A DNA stretch of 64,000 nt from the NCBI RefSeq assembly GCF_009914755.1, contig NC_060934.1; one strand, written 5' to 3'. Made by a program: the position numbers and the translations under genes. This stretch comes from the human T2T-CHM13v2.0 reference genome, Homo sapiens. A model generated the notes under the pieces. The model was not told the DNA's origin and made no database searches. It was given only the letters and a program-made list of their open reading frames with translations. Each line of letters opens with the position of its first letter. The stretch's first letter is position 1. Positions 33,054 to 47,117 of this stretch are shown piece by piece.

Positions 33054-34658
33054 GTCATTAAATAAGAAACTATTAAGTAGTTATGAAATGAGGTATAACC
33101 AATGTAATCATTTCTCTCACACCATCCTTCCCACAATGCGTACATCGAATCTTTGAGGGGTTTTCCTTCACACTTACCATGTTCTCCTGCAAGAGTAGAC
33201 CCTGTTCACAAGGGCATTGCAGCACTGCATCTCGTATGTTGAGGCATCTGGAATGATTTTATGTGCCCGACACATGTACACAGTGTTGCTTCGGCTGTTT
33301 TTGATGCAAGTTCCTCAGGATTTTTATCTTACTAGTTTTCACCATCTGATCAACTCAGTTCAGCTGAGTGGCTTTATTATAAGGCAGTGTGTAGCAGTCA
33401 CTTCACTGGATAACAAATAGGAGTGTCTGCATAGCCACAGCAAGATTCTGGGAGCTGAGCTTCTCAAGCATTCACTATTGATTATCTGCAGAATGACAGT
33501 TGGACACAGAAACTTCAAAGATACACCCACCTACTCTCGCGGGTTCTCCACATAGCTTAAAAATTCATTGTGTATCTAAGCTCCTTCAGCTTGGAATCCA
33601 CACATCTGATTTCAAAATGAAACAGTTTCTGACACTCTAGTGCCATTCAAAGGCTTGGACATTTTGACCCTGAGGAATTTTGTCTTGGGAGAAATGGGGC
33701 AGTGGAATATTGATGAAGTATACAAAGCTGCCTTCATGGAAATGAGTTTCCTTCTGAGATATTCCAGTGGTACATCAAAAGGAGAGACCAGGGACCTATC
33801 CTGGACATAGTCAAGTGAAATGTCACTCTTTTAGAATGGTTGATACCAGATGTTCACTTTACTGTTTGAAACACAAAGTTTGCATCATTCCATTTAGACT
33901 TTTATATTATCACAATTTTGAAAGGCTGCTGAGGAACAGATTTCTATTTACTTTCTTCATGAAAAAGCATCTGTGATACTTTTTAAAAGGTAACTTGGGC
34001 GAGTACAGGAAAGAATAAGAAATAGGAAAATAATTACCTATAGTTTTATTATCCAAGGGAAACCTCTGACATTTAAGTACATTCTTTTTAGTCTTTTTCA
34101 ATGATCTTTTTGAAAGATTAAAATCATACAGCAGATACAGAAACAGCTCGTTTTATTGCACTTGCTTTATTGCACTTGACAGATACCATGCTTTTACAAA
34201 TTGAGGGTTTGTAGCAACCCTGCATCAAGCAAAGTCTATCAGTGCCATTTTTCCAACATCAGGTGCTCAGTTTGTGTCTTTCTGTGACATTTTGGTAATT
34301 CTCACAATCTTTCAAACTTTTTCATGATTATTATGTGTATTGTGATCTGCGATCTGTGATCTTGATGTCATTGTAATTGTTTTGGGCACCATGAGGGTTG
34401 CCCAAATAATACAGTGAGTATAATCAACAAACGTGTGTGTTCTGACTGCTCCACTAACTGGCAGTTCCTCTATCTCTTTCTCTGTCCTCCAGGCTGTTTG
34501 TTCCCTGAGACAGAAATATTGAAATTAGGCCAATTAATAATCCTGTAATGGCCTCTAAAATTTTCAAGTAAAAGGAAGAGTCCCACATCTCTCACCTTCA
34601 ATCAAAAGCTAGAAATGATTACGTTTAGTGAGGAAAACCTGTTGAAAGCCAAGATAGG

Positions 34659-35192
34659 TGTGATGGTTAATACTGAGTGTCAACTTGATTGGATTGAAGG
34701 ATGCAAAGTATTGCTCCTGGGTGTGTCTGTGAGGGTGTTGTCAAAGGAGATTAACATTTGAGCCAGTGGGCTGGGGAAGGCAGATCAACCCTTAATCTGA
34801 GTGGGCTCCATCTAATCAGCTGCCAGCAAATGTAAAGCAGACAGAAAAACATGAAAATAAAGACTGGCTTAGCCTTGCAGCCTACATAGTTATCCTGTGC
34901 TGGATGCTTCCTGCCCTGGAACATCAGACTCCAAGTTCTTCAGCTTTGGGAGTTGGACTGGCTTCCTTGCTCCTCAGCTTGCAGATGGCCAATTGTGGGA
35001 CCTTGTGATCATGTGTGTTAATAGTACTTAATAATCTCCCATATATATATCACATATGATATATATGATATATATCACACACGATATATATATGATATAT
35101 ATCACACACGATATATGATATATATCACACACGATATGATATATATGATATATATCACCTATGATATATATGATATATATCGCCTATGATAT
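34659..35192 (+). mobile_element. MLT2A1-like LTR, 3' end lost
   Basis: TGTGATGGTTAATACTGAGTGTCAACTTGATTGGATTGAAGG start; ends in an expanded AT-rich tandem array. Confidence 0.93.
35041..35192. repeat. AT-rich minisatellite, unit ~ATATATGATATATATCACACACG
   Basis: About 6-7 degenerate tandem units visible. Confidence 0.9.
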
Positions 35193-36399
35193 ACGTGAGG
35201 CATAATGCTCAGAAAAAAAGATTCTTTTCAAAATATTAATGTTATTGTCAATGCTCCTGGTCACTCAAGAGCTCCGATGGAGGTGTACAAGGAGAATAAT
35301 GTTGTTTCCATGACTGCTAACACAATGTTTCTCCTGTAGCCCATGAATCAAGGAAAATTTAGACTTTCAAGTATATTATTTAAGACATACATTGTGTACA
35401 GATATAGCTGCTGTAAAGGGTGATTCCCCTGATGGACCTCAGAAAAATGAATTGGAAAACTTCTTCATAAAGCTCACCATTCTAGATGCCATTAAGCACT
35501 TTTATGATTCATGGGAGAAGGTAACAATATCATTAACAGGAGTTTGGAAGAAGCTGATTCCAATGCTCATGGATGACTTTGAGGGCTTCAACACTTCACT
35601 GAAGGAAGTAACTGCAGATGTGGTGAAAATAGCAAGAGAACTAGAATTAGAAATCCAGCCTGAAGATGTGACTGAATCCCACATTTCATGAGATTCCTTG
35701 AATGAATGAGGAGTTGCTTCCTATGGATAAGTAAAGAAAGTGGTTTCTTGAGACAGGATCTACTGCTGGTGAAGATGCTGTGAACATTATTGAAATGTCA
35801 ACAAATAATTTAAGATATTTCATAAATTTAGTTTGATTAAACAGCAGCAGGGTTTGACATGATCGATTCCAATTTGAGAAGAAATTTTACTGAAATGTCT
35901 ATTGAATAGCTTTGAAACTATAGAGAGTAAAAATGCTATCAAACAGCATCACATGTTACAGAGAAATATTTCATTAAAGGAAGAGTCAACCAATGTGCCA
36001 AATTTCATTGATATCTTATTTTAAGAAATTGCCACAACCACCCATCCCGATCAGTCAGCAGCCATCAACATCAAGGCAAGACCCTCCACCAGCAAAAAGA
36101 TTATAGCTTACTGAAGACTCAGATGATCATTAGAGTATTTTAGCAGTGAAGGATTTTTAAATTAAGATATATAAATTTTTAAGACATACTGCTATTGCAC
36201 ATATAATGGACTACACTATAGTGTAAACATAACTTTTATGTGCACTGGGAAATCAGAAGATTCATGCAACTCATTTTATTGCATTATTTGTTACATTGCA
36301 CTGGTCTGAAACTGCACTGGCAATATCTCTGAGGCATGCCTTTGAAACTTTGATGCATGCTTTCTTGCATGTAACATTACATCATATCATCTTTTTACT

Positions 36400-37400
36400 C
36401 ATACCATTAAAAACATTTCAAAAACACTACTTATTATCTCATAAATGGATGCATCAGAAGTCATTAATTGATCCTATTGTTAGTTTAGTAATAATTTTCT
36501 CACTTATTAACAATCTTTAGTAAATATCTTTAGGCATAAAACCATGACAAATACTCAAATTTTTTCCCTATGGTATATAGATTTGCAGAATTCCAAATAC
36601 TGAATTAAAATTGTTGAAAATGTTTTATCTTTGATGTTCTTCATACACATTTGTCAAATAAATTTTCAGAAAAATTATACTTATTTAAACTCTCACAAGC
36701 AATGTATGAGGATAGACAATTTCACTCTCCACCCTCTCCATTGAGTCTTCTCCCTTTAAAAATATTTGCTAATTTGGTGGGTGAGAAGAATATTTATTAA
36801 AATGGTATCTGTTTTTTGAAGATCTCTCAATAGTTTCAGAGCAATTCAATAGAAGTTCAATTGGGTTTTTTCATGGCACTAAAGAAACTTTTTCTAAAAT
36901 GTAGATGGAAGAATAAGGAGCGAAGATGAGTCTAAACATTTTAGAAGAAGAAGGATAAGAAAGGGGTGTCCTAGCACAGGACTCATTTTGAAGCTCAAGG
37001 GATTGAAATAATGTGGGAGTATTGCAGAGATAGCCACATTAACCAATTAAATAGGCCGCCCAGAAATAAACCCATTAATATATAAGAGTTGAAGTGATGG
37101 CAGTGAAGGGTACATCCATAGGAAAAGGAATTTTCACAAAATAAAGCTAGGTAAATAATTATATATATATTTTAATAAAATAGGATTCTATTTCTCTCAA
37201 AAACCAAAAATCAATTCCAGATGGATTAGGACTTAACGGATAAGTACAAAACCTTTGGAAACATTTAGTTTAATTGGCAAATATCTTGCTGACTTTGGGG
37301 AGGATAATGGTTTTGCAAGCAAGACTCAAAAAGCATTAGCTATAATAGAAAAAATGATGAATTTAAATGTATTAAAATTAAGATCTTCTGTTCATCGAGA
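36400..37400. mobile_element. Old L1ME-like fragments in both orientations
   Basis: TAAACTCTCACAAGCAATGTATGAG (minus) and AAAATCAATTCCAGATGGATTAGGACTTAA (plus ORF2 remnant). Confidence 0.6.
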
Positions 37401-37414
37401 TCTAATCATATTTA

Positions 37415-37575
37415 TTTGAGGAAGTGATTTAACTTCCTGTGTCTCAGCTGCTCATCTGTAAAAGAAGATAGTAAAACTATCTCATAGGGTTGTTGTGAGA
37501 TTTTAAAGGGTTAATTATGCATTTATGTAATGCATTCAGAAAACTACCTGAAATTTAGCACTGAATTATTAGCTC
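37415..37575 (+). mobile_element. MIR
   Basis: TTTAACTTCCTGTGTCTCAG..CTCATCTGTAAAA..TCTCATAGGGTTGTTGTGAG. Confidence 0.8.
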
Positions 37576-37971
37576 ATTAAATCTAATAATAATTTAATGG
37601 CTAGTGTATGTTTTCTATAGTGCAATCATTATCTTTATCACTTTTTTGTGATTTTATTGGTTGATTTTATTTTTAAATGACTTATTGAGATATGACTGAC
37701 ATGTAAAAAGCTATACATATTTAATATGTACAATTCTATGAGTTTGGGGATAAGTATACACTTATGAAACCATCACTCCATCAGGGCCTTTGACACATCC
37801 ATCATCTGCCAAAGTTCCCTCCTGCCCCCTTTATTATTATTCTCTGTGTGCACAAGCACATGAGTGTGCTGAAAACATTTAACATAAGATCTGATCTATC
37901 CTCTCAGCAAATTTTAAGTACACAATACAGTATTGTTATCTATGGAAACTATGCTGTGTAGTACAGCAGTA

Positions 37972-38312
37972 CAGCAGTCCCCAAACTTTTTGACACCAGG
38001 GACCAGTATTACAGAAGATGATTTTTCCATGGACCAGGGTACAGTGGGGTCAGGGGTGAGAGGAATGGTTTCCAGATGAAACTGTTCCACTTCAGATCAT
38101 CAGGCATTAGACTCTCTTAAGGAGTGTGCAACCTAGATCCCTGGCATGCGCAGTTGCCAGTAAGGTTTCCACTCCTATGAGAATCTAATGCCACCACTGA
38201 TCTGACAGGAGGCGCATCTCAGGCGGTAATGCTCACCTCCTGCTGTGTGGCCCCGGTTCGTAATAGGCCATGGACTGGTACCAGTTTCTGGTCTGGGGCT
38301 TGGGGACCCCTG
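37972..38312. mobile_element. MER1B-like hAT MITE
   Basis: CAGCAGTCCCCAAAC...TTGGGGACCCCTG termini, internal GATGAAACTGTTCCACTTCAGATCATCAGGCATTAG; 8-bp TSD-like (G/C)TGTAGTA. Confidence 0.92.
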
Positions 38313-38763
38313 CTGTAGTAGATCTCCGGAACTTATGTCACCCAAACTTTGTACCCTTTGACCATTATCTCCTCCTTTCCTAGCTCTAAACGACAACCAT
38401 TCTAATCTCTGCTTCTATGAGTTTCACTATGTTAGATTTCACATAGAAGTAAGATCATGCAGTATTTGTTATTTCTTCACTGGCTTATTTCACTTAGGAT
38501 AATGTCTTCCAGGTTCATCGATGTATCATAAATGGCAGGATTTCCTTCTGTTTTTCAGGCTGAATGGTCCATTATATGTATATGCCACATTTTCTTTGTC
38601 CATTCATCTGTTGATGGACACATTTAGGCTGTTTCATATGTTGGCTACTGTGAATAATGCTGCAATGAACAAAAAAAGTGCAGGTATTTTTTCAAGATCT
38701 AGATTTTAATTATTTTGGATAAGTACCAAAAAGGATTGCTGAAATATGTGGTAGTTCTGTTTT

Positions 38764-39167
38764 TATTTTTTATATTTTATTTTATTTGATATTATATTTT
38801 TTATTTTATTTTATTTTATTTATTTTATTTTATTTTATTTTAATTTAATTTAATTTAATTTTATTTTATTATTTTATTTTATTTTTGAGATGGAGTCTCA
38901 CTGTGTCCCCCAGGCTGGAGTGCAGTGGCACAATCTCGGCTCACTGCAACTTCCATCTCCTGGTTCAAGCAATTCTCCTGCCTCAGCCTCCCAAGTAGAT
39001 GGGTTAACAGGCACCTGCCACTACATCAGGCTAATTTTTGTATTTTTAGTAGAGATAGTGTTTTGCCATGTTGGCCAGGCTGATCTCGAGCACCTGACCT
39101 CAAGTGATCCACCTGCCCCAGCCTCCCAAAGTGCTGGGATTACAGGTGTGAGCCACCACGCCTGGCC
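38764..39167 (-). mobile_element. AluSx-like with expanded (TTTTA)n tail
   Basis: TSD GTAGTTCT(G/A)TTTT at 38751 and 39169. Confidence 0.95.
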
Positions 39168-41624
39168 AGTAGTTCTATTTTTGAGAAACTTGTATGCTGT
39201 TTTTCATAAAGACTATCAGTTTACATTCCACCAGCAGTGTATCAGGGTTCCCTTTTCTCCACATCCTTACCAACACTTGTTATCTTTTAAAAACTTATTT
39301 ATAGCCATTCTAACAAGTATGAGGTGATATCTCACCATCTCACCATGGCTTTCATTTACATTTCCTGATAATTAATAGTGTTGAGAATCTTTTCTATACG
39401 TGTTGACTGTCATTAGTCTTTTTTGGAAAAAATGTCTATTCAGGTTCTCTGTCCATTTTTAATTAAGTTCTTTGTTTTCTTGCTATTGAGTTGTAGGATT
39501 TCCTTATATATTTTGAATATTAACCTCTTATCAAGTATATGGTTGTAAATATTTTCTTCCATGCTGTATGCTGCCTTTTCATTTTGATATTTCCTTTGCT
39601 ATGCAGAAGCTTTTTAGTTTGATGTCATCCCACTTGTTTATTTTGAATTGTGTTGCCTGTGCTTTTGGTGTCATATTCAGAAAATCATTGCTAAGACCAA
39701 TGTCAAGGAACATTTTACCTACGATTTTTTTCTAGGAGTTTTATGATTTTAGGTCCTATGTTTAAGTCTTTAATCATTTTTCAGTTGATTTGTGTGTGTG
39801 TGTGTGTGTGCAATACGATATATATTTTTTTTGCATACAGATATCAAGTTTTCCCAACATTCTTTGAAAAGACTATACTTCCACCATTTTGTATTCTTGG
39901 GACCCTTGGTGCGGATCAATTGATCTTCTGTGTGTGGGTTTATGTCTGGGCTCTCTCTGCTGTTCCATTTGTCTATGTGTCAGTTTTTATGTTAGTACCA
40001 TGCTTTTTTGGGTACTATAGCTTTGTAATATAATTTGAATCCAGAAGTGTGATGTCTCCATCTTTTTTTAAATCAAGATTGCTTTTGAAGTTTTTGTGGT
40101 TCCATATGAACATTAGAATTGTTTTCTATTTCTGTGAAAAAATGGCACTGATATTTTGATATTTGAAATTATGACTTCATTGAGCCTGTAGATTGCTTGG
40201 ATTAGTTTGGACATTCTAAAAATATTAATTCTTCCAATCCGTGAACATGGGATGTATTTATTTGTGTCATCTTCAATTTCTTTCATCAATGTTTTATGGT
40301 ATTCTATCAATTAATTTGTCCCCATCCAGTCCCCATTTAGACATAAAATACTCATGAACATTTGTGTTTAATTTTTAAATACTGATTCTTATTAATATAT
40401 TTTATTTTTTCATGATGTAGAAATTCATTTTAATGCATACTCTGAAAAGTAGATCTAAACATTTAGCTAAGTGTCTGGGTATTATTTGTTTCATAATCCA
40501 TTACTGTTTCATGGATGTGTGATGACTACATTATTTAATCTTATGTTTTGCCTTTTGTTTTTCTATTAGTATCCCATTAATTTACCTTTTTTTTTTAGCT
40601 CTATAATAACTTAGAGGGTAGTTGTTTTGACAAAATTATCAGAGCAACTTATATCTCATATCATTTTCATATTTATAAATTACAATTTTAATTGTTGAGG
40701 CTACCTCATTTCCCAAACATTGTTTTCGAAACACACCAAATGAAAGTTCAAGAAGTCATCTCGTCATTCAATTATAGATCCAATTTTAACCCACATTACT
40801 CATTTAATTATAAGCAAGCCTGAGTCAGGCCTCTCTACCACACAAAGCTGCTATAAAATATATATTTGACAAGTAGAGTCTGGACCTTTCCTGTAAAAAG
40901 GCATCTTATTATTTTGCATAAAAATTAAAAAGTTATATAATTGCTGGATGTCAGGTTGTGAGATTAAACATCGTCACATAAGCCCCAAATCATGATTATG
41001 CAAAGCAGTTAATACTTACAGTTCTTTCTTGCTACTAGAACCAAATGGCTTGTTACTTCTTTTACAGCAATACGTTATGCAGAACAGCAACAGCATACCT
41101 AAAATAAATGTGCTTGTATGTGCTACTTTCTTAAGCATTTATTACAAGGCACAGTTTATAGTCTGAAGAGTTTCAAGAAGTTTTATGAGATAAATGCGAA
41201 CAGACGTAAAAACACCTATGTTGTAGGATCCATATAGCTGAGATTAAAAAAAAAAAAAAAGAAAGAAAGCAATACATAGTTCAGCCAAAAGCTTTGAATG
41301 GCATGATTAATAAGCCTAGAAAACATAAAGTAGTGGAGTTAGCTTGGCTAAGCTGAGAAATGTGGAGATAACAGGAGAAAAACACTGAAAAGCATTAACC
41401 CAGAGTGGTCAACCTAGTTCACTGCACTCTTTTTCTTACGGATGGGTACATCTTGCCTCTGGGAAGTATCATAATCCATTATAAGCACATAAGTATAACA
41501 AGTAACTAAATAATGTCACTTAGTTTTGGTTGATTGCAAACATCTCCCTGTTACAGTGGACTTTTGAATTAGAGATGGTAGCTCAAAATGTGCTCATTCC
41601 GTGGTGTATTAAAAGTATCTACCA

Positions 41625-41760
41625 GTTTCCTGAAACTGGGAAACCTGGATTCTAGTTCAACCTCTGCCCTTAACTCCCTGTGTGACTTAAGCCAAGTTAT
41701 AAAATGTCTTCACTTCAGTATTCTCATGCTTAAAATCAAGAATCTAAATTAGCTGTTATC
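41625..41760 (+). mobile_element. MIR remnant
   Basis: CCTGGATTCTAGTTC..CTCTGCC.TAACT..TGTGTGACTT. Confidence 0.65.
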
Positions 41761-42249
41761 AAACTTAAGGGTTGTTAAACATGTGAAATGCTTAGAACAT
41801 TAAACACAATGAAAACAATAGGTTTTATGTATTTCCAACACTGAAATGTATGATTCTATTGTTCAGAGTGCACACTTAGCATGCACCTACCCTTAGCATT
41901 TCAGATTGTTCTAATAGGATTACCTCTTATTAGAGGTGTTTGTGACCCTCTTTTCCCTTTGGAATGAGACTGGCTTTGGGATTCCTCAAGTGGGCATGAG
42001 GCACAAGAAATCTATTCTGTCTGCAACCACGCCTGAGACACACTGTAGGGTAAGTGAGGAAAATTGAGCGCCTTCCCAGGGGGAGCCAAACATCTCTGAG
42101 ACTCAATAGTGTGTTCAGCAGTTTTCTAGGAAAATGCCATCCTAATACCTCACTGTACCTCCCATTCTTATTACTCCATCATTCTGGAGTTAAAACTAAG
42201 CCACCTGAAATCTTAGATAGTCCTTCCTTTTTCTTGAATCCATTGTTTT

Positions 42250-42942
42250 TGTATACCCTTGACCTAAGTGACTCCATTTTAGAAAAATACTCCATCTTAC
42301 ATTTTAAAAGGCATCAAGCCATCGGGTCCAGGTGCTCACCTAATCAATAGAGACAACACCCAACCAGATAGTGGTGTAACCATTTACTACCAGTCCTTGT
42401 CAGAGGGCTCAAGGGCCATAAAATGAGCAGGACTTCACCAGCTACACATGGCCGTCTTGACTGACCCTGTCTTGCTGCCACTGGTGATCAGTACCCAGCA
42501 TCTGCCATCCAAGGTTCTGACCAAATCAAAGACGTTTCCTTGCAAGATATTAACATCCATCTGGACCAAGCCAGGACACTCTCCTTGTCCGTGTGACTCT
42601 CCTTAGACTGGTTCATTAACCCCCTTTTCCTATTCCCTTTTCTTTTGATGTTAAATGTTAGTTTGTTTGATGTGGAATGTTTGATCTATTTTACTTATGT
42701 ATTGGTTAAGTATACTATTACCTACACTTTGTAATACTGACTGACCTGTGGAGTGGCTTGAGCATGTATACGCACAGCCCTGGCTACCGAGTGTATGGCT
42801 AATACTAAGGAGAAGTGCCTCCTTGGGAGCTCAATGTAGCTCACGGGTTTTATAATTAAAATAGCATCAATACAAGTCTTACCTTGTGGAAAGACACAAA
42901 TGTGCATGGACCTGGTTATGTCTGAACTTGTGCCACTCGTGG
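42250..42942 (+). mobile_element. ERV1-class solo LTR (MER41/LTR26-like)
   Basis: GACTCCATTTTAGAAAAATACTCCATCTTA 5' motif; TTGATGTTAAATGTTA..TGTGGAATGTTT; GCATCAATA..CCTTGTGGAAAGACAC; family uncertain. Confidence 0.65.
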
Positions 42943-44484
42943 AAGTTTTAAATCTACATATTATGTTATTTCACAACCAAGATTTTATTTGGAAAGAAAA
43001 CGCAGATCATTAGGGAAGCGTGATGGATTAACTTGAGCTGAAAGGAAGTCAGCCGAAAGACTTCCTTCTTCCTAATGATGCTCAAATTCAGGGTTTGTTT
43101 TTATATAAACTTAGTGTCCTTCCTGTAAAGAGATCCTTGTGCTCTCCCCACCTAGGAGAAGTGGGGATCTATACAGGAGGGGAGTCAAAGGGGGTCTTGG
43201 GTGAGTGATCAGTATCTATGAAAAATTTTAAAATCCAATTTAATTTTGGCAGCTTAATTATTCCTGAGGTCTGAGCATTTTTGACAACCTGCTGAAATAT
43301 GTCAAACACAAGTGACAGAGCTGGAGATAAGACTGAGTTGAGACTTTTAACTACAAAATGATGGGACAGTGAGGGCAGAGGAGTTTTCCCATAAGAATTA
43401 AGATATAGAAGAGGAACTCTGGACTTTTATCCCTAATGAGGGCATTTTAGACTGTAAGTGCAAATAGAAGCCTTCTCTCCTGAACTGGACATTGTTTCAA
43501 TTGCTAATAAAAAGATTCCGCTAGCTGAATTTCAGGACTGTGAAGCAAAGTGGGACAGTGGCGGGGAGACTAAAGAAAGCCAGGGAAATGAACCCCTTCT
43601 CAAGCAATGAGGCTTTATAAATGCTGAAGAAGCACTTAAAACTCGACAGTCTGCAAAGGAATATCACTTTCCAAACCTCTTAAAGGTTTGCTTAGGGTAC
43701 TTTTCTGCTATAAGAGAAAATATTTCCTTCCCAGTGATCGAATGGGAGACCCAGACTGACTGGCTTAGCCTACTAATCTCTGCTCAGCACTGGGCAAAAT
43801 GACCGACTAAATTAGAAGCACTTGAGGATTTCATCAGTAAATGAAATGCTGTGTCAGGGATTAATGATCTATTTTGTTTTCTGACTTGGAGCAGCAAAGC
43901 AGTCCCACCCTTAATATAAATAAAATTATTAGTGGAGGTTAGAACTCAATGAAACTTGCCAGGTTTTAAGCATGTGGAATGTTGAAAATTGCACATCCTC
44001 TTTAACTTAATAGCATTTATTGGTTTTATTTTTCTTCTAAAAGTGTATATATGTATCTTTTTGTGGAAATATCGGAAAATGCAACTGTGCACAGAGAATC
44101 TAAAAAAATGACTCAGTACCTCAATATACAATGGGGTTTTGGGTGAATCTAATCTGTTATTAAGATATAAGACTCGTTCCAATTTATTCATTCCTTCTAC
44201 CACCACCAAAATCACTCACCACCATCTGTTTGCAGAGCCATTATAGTGATTATTTAATCTGATCAGTGTGGATAATGACTAAAAGATTAGAGGCCTATCA
44301 CTCTTAAGCCTGATCCACTGCTATTTGATAAAATATCAACTGTTTATGAAAAACAAGATCTCAACCAATCATCAAGCATGGAAGTGAATCAAGATAAATT
44401 TTAACAGAATGTTTTAGTCTCTTCTTTGTCTTTGTACCAGGCAGAAGCAGCCAGAAAAAGAAACAAGTTTTTATTGTATTAGAT

Positions 44485-44704
44485 CAAGCTTCCCCAACCC
44501 GCGGCCCATGGCTGCATGTGGCCCAGGATGGCTTTGAATGCGGCCCAAAATAAATTTGCAAACTTTCTTAAAACATGAGATTTATGCTCTGACCTATTTT
44601 TTTTAGCTCATCAGCTATTGTTAGTGAAAGTGTATTTTATGTGTGGCCCAAGACAATTCTTCTTCCAATGTAGCCCAGGGAAGCCAAAAGATTGGACACC
44701 CCTG
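44485..44704. mobile_element. MER30 hAT MITE
   Basis: CAAGCTTCCCCAACCCGCGGCCC...GGCCCAGGATGGCTTTGAATGCGGCCC...GGGAAGCCAAAAGATTGGACACCCCTG. Confidence 0.93.
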
Positions 44705-45547
44705 GATTAAAAATAATCACAACATTTCACAAGGATATTTCACTGGACTTACTGGCCAGAGAGAAGAGGGGTGGGAAAGAAACAGAGAGACAAAAAAAGA
44801 GAGTGAGAGAGAGAATAGTCAGACCACCTGAGAGGCCACTGGCACATCAGTAGCATTATCTTGGTAGAGTTGTTAATTTTGTAGGATTCAAATGGATTTT
44901 GGGGGGGCACACTGTGTACCCACCCACAAGCATAGACTTGCAAGCACACATGTTTCTGTGTACAACCATGGTCCTCAAACCTAGGTTAGCTTAGACTCCA
45001 GCTGTGATTCCATCAGCCAAGCCAGGAGCTGGGGAGGGAGCCTGGCAGCTGGGACCTGACCACACAGGGAGGGGCTGGGAGGTGTTTATTCATCTTGGAA
45101 AACAGAACCACCGTGGTGACCCTTTGAGGTATCCCAGACAAGGCTGGGCTCTAGGGCCTCTTGGTGGCTCAGGTCCTTGGAGGGGACCTTAGGTTCACAG
45201 GGAGTGAGATGGGACCACCCTCACTGTCCAAACTCCAGGCAAGGTCAATGTACAGCATGGATCTTGCTCAGAGGAACAGCTAGAATGCAAGCTAGAAGGT
45301 CAACTTCAAAGGGGTAGGATTCTCTATTTGTTCACTCAAGTAGTCCAAGGCACATGGTCCATACTTTAACAGTGTTTGCTAAATGAAGGATTGACCTTAA
45401 TGACACTCAAAAGAAACCAATTACACAAACCAAAATTCTGTTAAAAATGGGTAATAAGTTTTACCTATCATATTACAAATAAAGAATACCTTCATTATAG
45501 AAAATGAGGAAACATAAATGAAGAGAAAAAGACCCTCACACTAATAG

Positions 45548-45883
<336 letters not shown>

Positions 45884-47117
45884 AAGAATTTTTTGATATA
45901 GAGGTATATTATCTTCACTCTTTTTCTATGAGACTAGATAGATGTTTTCTAACTAAAAGTTACTGCACTGTAAAGTGATTGTTTTAATTGAAAATATATT
46001 GTTTCTAGCTTTCCATGTGAAAATAACATTTATAATTCTTAGAGTTATTTCTGAATTAAGGCTTCATTTTTGTGATATATAAAAATGTACATAATTTATT
46101 TCCTTTTATTATATATTTATAGTAATAGAAACAATGCAATAAATATCTTCATAGAAAAAAATTACATGGGTTAGTTATTTCCTTAGATTCTTAAATTTGA
46201 AATTAATCTATAAAAATACACATTTTTGAAGCTGTTGATAATATGGGCCAATTGCTTTCAGAAAGTTTGTGTCAATTTACCATCTTGCTAGTAGTGTATG
46301 ATGGTGAATAAATCCTCAAGCACAAGATATAATCTCTTTACTTGTCCAGTCAATTGGCTAAAAATGGTACTGTAAACAAAACAAAACTAACATTAAAAAT
46401 GGCATCTATCATTGTTTGGATTAAGGCATTACTTTTATCATGGGGATAAATGAGAGCTGAAATTTGGACAATCACCTCTTTGGACAGGGCCTAGAGGCAT
46501 GCCGGTTCTTCAGGCTGTCTTTGATATTCTGACTCCATGTTCTCTAATGCCTTCTCAGTCCTCACATTATTTCCTCCACATATGTTTTTACCCCAATAGC
46601 TTTATTTCATACTAGTTAAACACCAATTACATTTAGATCCTGTGAGTGCAGATTTTTATCTGGGAGATTTTCCACCTTCTAACGAGACATTGACAAATGT
46701 AATGATCTTATCTGTTATGTTAAATTATAAGATCAAATTATAAATTTAATGTTAAGTGAGCAGCCTGATTTCCCTCAGTTGCAAGTTTCTGAGATCAATT
46801 CACTATTGTTGCTAAATGACCTGCAGTACGTGAATAGCATGTCCTTGCTCGGGATTGGCAGTGAATGGGAGTGATGACAGAAATGTAACAGAAACAGAAC
46901 ATAAAACATAGGAACAGGACAGGACCTTAGAAATTTTTCCCTAGTCAATGGCTTTCACATTAAACACAGGAAACATGCTTGGGAAGATGAATTTCCAAAG
47001 CCTATGACAGAGTTTACTTGCACGCTGGATGTCTATTTAGGTTAAGATACAAGTAAGTGTTTAAATCACAGCCTACCACTTAGAAATATGTCCATAGAAC
47101 ATTTTATTTTTAAAGCT

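Larger units (their letters stand above)
34138..36342 (+). mobile_element. Tigger1 DNA transposon, internally deleted, with an MLT2A insertion
   Basis: Left end TA|CAGAAACAGCTCGTTTTATTGCAC, right end CAATATCTCTGAGGCATGCCT; ORF 35392-35691 resembles Tigger1 transposase (TILDAIK..DSWE..LTGVWKKLIP.LMDDFEGF..EVTADVV.IARELELE). Confidence 0.95.
37670..40305 (-). mobile_element. L1MA-like 3' portion with nested MER1 and Alu
   Basis: TGGCTTATTTCACTTAG, TTGGCTACTGTGAATAATGCTGCAATGAAC, ATGCAGAAGCTTTTTAGTTTGAT; ORF 40113-40310 gives KTLMKEIEDDTNK..IPCS.IGRINI. Confidence 0.93.

Noticed and set aside
41010-42060. Strong donor-like GTAAGT sites (minus at ~41018, plus at ~42050)
   Set aside because: Opposite strands, no recognisable coding frame; cannot be supported without RNA data
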